Assembly (NCBI GenBank): GCA_002715785.1
Contig: PBAA01000048.1
Span: forward strand, 1-37,351
From: Gammaproteobacteria bacterium
GTDB taxonomy: Bacteria > Pseudomonadota > Gammaproteobacteria > Pseudomonadales > Azotimanducaceae
Direction of reading: 5' to 3'
Length of the DNA: 37,351 nt
Made by a program: the position numbers and the translations under genes. This document shows positions 35,240 through 37,351 of this stretch, one piece after another. Position 1 is the stretch's first letter. Each line of letters starts with the position of its first letter. The notes under the pieces were generated by a model that saw only the letters and a program-made list of their open reading frames with translations, searched no databases and was not told the DNA's origin.

Positions 35240-36037
35240 TCACGATTCGAACCAGAATCCATCTGGGTCGCCCGGATACACGCCGAGGTGTTCATCGTGG
35301 GCCTGATAGCCGAGGAGCCTACGGACATCTTCGGGGTAACCGTCGGCAATCTCTCGGGGAATGGTGAGGTATTGGTTTTCCTCTTGGCGCAACCAGCCAA
35401 GACTGTAGGTATTGATCAGCCCGGATCGCGGTAACTGTGACTTGTTGGCCCCACCTCCGTGAATGATCGACCCGAGATAAAGCAGAACCGATCCTTTTGT
35501 CATGGTTGCTTGAACCAGGTCGGTATCGGTCACTTTGGAAATCGGCCGAAAGTCTTGGCTGCCGGGGACGACACGCGTCGCCCCGTTGTCCTCCGTGAAA
35601 TCGTCGAGTGCCCACATCGCGCCAATCTGAAATTCGACTTGAGGGATACGCGTCGGATAAATGTCGTCGTCTCGGTGCAGCGCTTGATCTTCTTCGCCTG
35701 GATGGATCTCGATGGCGGTGCAGCTGCCAATCCTGTAGTTAGAGCAGTGGGGTTTCAATACGTGATCAACGATTTCCATAACACGTGGATGTGCAATCAG
35801 TTGTTGTGACGCGCTCGAGAGTGCCAGGATGCCGCCGAGGCGCAGTGTCTTGTAGCCATTAAAGTCATTTTGGAATTTGTGTCCCTCGACGTCGAAGTGG
35901 GGACGCAGTTCGCTGGAAATCTGATCGATCAGGTCTTCCGATGCCAGATCAGCTATGACGACGCCACCGTCCTTGGCAAGCGCGCTAACTAACGGTTCTG
36001 GGTCTGATTTGTTGTCATAGGTTTGAAGCAAAACCAT
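35240..36037 (-). CDS. Phytanoyl-CoA dioxygenase (PhyH)-family Fe(II)/2-oxoglutarate oxygenase
   Basis: [10 protein letters not shown] (H-x-D), ATRVVPGSQ and [17 protein letters not shown] (distal His) fit PhyH-family enzymes. I prefer the start at ATG 36037 (MVLLQTYDN). 36097 is possible. Confidence 0.8.
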   Translation of the reverse strand: MVLLQTYDNKSDPEPLVSALAKDGGVVIADLASEDLIDQISSELRPHFDVEGHKFQNDFNGYKTLRLGGILALSSASQQLIAHPRVMEIVDHVLKPHCSNYRIGSCTAIEIHPGEEDQALHRDDDIYPTRIPQVEFQIGAMWALDDFTEDNGATRVVPGSQDFRPISKVTDTDLVQATMTKGSVLLYLGSIIHGGGANKSQLPRSGLINTYSLGWLRQEENQYLTIPREIADGYPEDVRRLLGYQAHDEHLGVYPGDPDGFWFES

Positions 36038-36447
36038 TCCCAAGGTTGGTGCGGATGTAACGGTACATGGGAGTAGCTGCGAATTGAACCGCAGCATGGT
36101 CGAGGCCTACAAGGAATGCGTTCAAATTCAACTCGGCAGCGTTATGCATTGATGCGCAGAGGTAACACAGTCTTTTCCTCTCCGTTCGGATCGCGACACT
36201 CGAATTGACTCGTGCGACACCGGGTAATCTAGTCAGAGCACTATGGTGTATGCGTTCGAAGTCAGCCATATCGGAAACGACGACGCGCAGGAGGTAGTTG
36301 AATTCACCCGTCATTAGGTAGCACTCCATCACAGTTTCAGGATTTCGCTTCGATGAGCGGGTATTCTTTAGTTTTCACGCGCACGGCAAAGATCGTGGAC
36401 CATCGGATTCCGGGTTGCCTGCCGTCACCTTCCTTCGAAGAAAGTGC
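36015..36447 (-). pseudogene. Lrp/AsnC-family regulator remnant: ligand-binding (RAM) domain only, interrupted by a frame break, HTH domain absent
   Basis: ORF 36015..36332 reads VMECYLMTGEFNYLLRVVVSDMADFERIHHSALTRLPGVARVNSSVAIRTERK, a typical RAM-domain core. The preceding strand (GIRWSTIFAVRVKTKEYPLIEAK) is in a different frame (36340-36447) and ends in TGA. Upstream of that is a TAA at 36448-36450, and then the opposite-strand amidase gene. No room is left for the ~55-aa HTH. Confidence 0.45.
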
Positions 36448-36449
36448 TT

Positions 36450-37351
36450 ATGCAAAACGATAAGTTGTTCGTCAACGGCGAACGCCTATGGTCATCGCTC
36501 ATGGAGATGGCCGAGGTCGGCGCGACACCGAAAGGAGGGTGCAACCGCCAGGCGTTGACCGACGAAGATAAAGTGGGCCGCGATATGTTTGTTGGATGGT
36601 GTACCCACGCCGGGTGCACTGTTCGCGTCGACACAATGGGTAACCTATTCGCCCGCCGGGCCGGTCGCGATGAATCGTTGCCGTCGGTCATCGCTGGGTC
36701 CCACCTTGATACTCAGCCGACGGGTGGCAAGTTCGATGGTGTTTATGGAGTGCTTGCAGGGCTTGAGGTCGTTCGGACGCTCAATGAAGCAGATCTGGCG
36801 ACGGATAGGCCGCTTGAAATTGTTGTTTGGACCAACGAAGAGGGTGCGCGCTTCTCTCCGGCAATGATTGGTTCGGGCGTCTGGGCGGGTGAGTTCAGTC
36901 TCGAGTACGGGCACGGTAGAACCGACAAGAACGGTGTTTCAATTGGCGAAGAGCTTGAGCGCCTGGGTTATCTCGACGAAGTCTCGATCGTGGAAAGAGA
37001 CGTGGCCGCAGCGTTTGAGCTACACATCGAGCAGGGCCCCATTCTTGAGAACGAAGGACTGAAGATCGGTGTATTGACGGGTGTGCAAGGAATGAACTGG
37101 TACGACCTAACGCTGGAGGGTGACGCTTGCCATGCGGGTCCAACGCCGATGGAGGATCGTCGTGATCCGTTTATGGGGCTTCATTCCATTGTGAAGAGAT
37201 ATTACGAACTCGCCACTGAAAAGGGTCCTTGGGGAAGGATGACCTTCGGTGATATTCGCCTGGAACCCGGAAGCCGTAATACGGTCCCCGAGAAGATTGT
37301 GCTCTCAATCGATATGCGTCATCCCGAACAAGCCGTTCTTGACGAAATGGA
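36450..37351 (+). CDS. M20-family Zn amidohydrolase of the N-carbamoyl-amino-acid / beta-ureidopropionase / allantoate amidohydrolase type (3' end outside the window)
   Basis: Hand-translated and absent from the ORF track because there is no stop before the window end. It reads MQNDKLFVNGERLWSSLMEMAEVGATPKGGCNRQALTDEDK...DTMGNLFARRAG...VIAGSHLDTQPTGGKFDGVYGVLAGLEVVRTL...IVVWTNEEGARF...ELHIEQGPILE...GDACHAGPTPM. All of these are typical of AmaB/hydantoin-carbamoylase-family enzymes. Confidence 0.8.
   Translation, partial: MQNDKLFVNGERLWSSLMEMAEVGATPKGGCNRQALTDEDKVGRDMFVGWCTHAGCTVRVDTMGNLFARRAGRDESLPSVIAGSHLDTQPTGGKFDGVYGVLAGLEVVRTLNEADLATDRPLEIVVWTNEEGARFSPAMIGSGVWAGEFSLEYGHGRTDKNGVSIGEELERLGYLDEVSIVERDVAAAFELHIEQGPILENEGLKIGVLTGVQGMNWYDLTLEGDACHAGPTPMEDRRDPFMGLHSIVKRYYELATEKGPWGRMTFGDIRLEPGSRNTVPEKIVLSIDMRHPEQAVLDEM

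Noticed and set aside
1-37351. Search for CRISPR repeats, tRNA/rRNA, IS elements, integrases, toxin-antitoxin pairs or known defence-system genes
   Set aside because: I recognised none. Every large ORF has a metabolic, transport or membrane character, and I noticed no long direct or inverted repeats flanking any block. Detection of dispersed repeats by eye is limited.

Overview
Densely coding, chromosomal-looking proteobacterial segment of about 50% GC by eye. I found no rRNA, tRNA, CRISPR array, transposase, integrase or recognisable defence genes. All family calls come from motif recognition by eye, with no database search, and start codons are approximate. (1) nt 1-5342 is an aromatic-oxidation block: a BVMO fragment, a carotenoid/stilbene cleavage oxygenase, hpaB-like and hpaD-like genes, and a MOSC protein. 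(2) nt 5859-8732 is a beta-alanine arm: an omega-aminotransferase plus a CoA-acylating (methyl)malonate-semialdehyde dehydrogenase. (3) nt 8764-16954 is a divergent operon pair. One arm has a PuuA/PauA-like gamma-glutamyl ligase, two translationally coupled CrtI/amine-oxidase-like flavoproteins and a free-standing GcvT-fold protein. The other arm has a SpuC-like transaminase and an MTHFR-fold protein. This is my best candidate for an undescribed, folate-linked amine-dealkylation system. (4) nt 16975-23393 holds a TonB-dependent receptor, a beta-propeller-like protein preceded by a coupled 40-codon ORF, a TPR-sulfotransferase and an Asp/Asn beta-hydroxylase-family oxygenase. (5) nt 23412-33174 is polyamine/agmatine uptake and catabolism: potFGHI-aguA joined by four ATGA overlaps, a Tat-signal SpdH-like dehydrogenase, a Rieske oxygenase and puuB-like. 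(6) nt 33171-37351 holds uncharacterised membrane proteins, a PhyH-family dioxygenase, an Lrp/AsnC remnant, and an M20 carbamoyl-amidase ORF that runs off the window and is missing from the ORF track.
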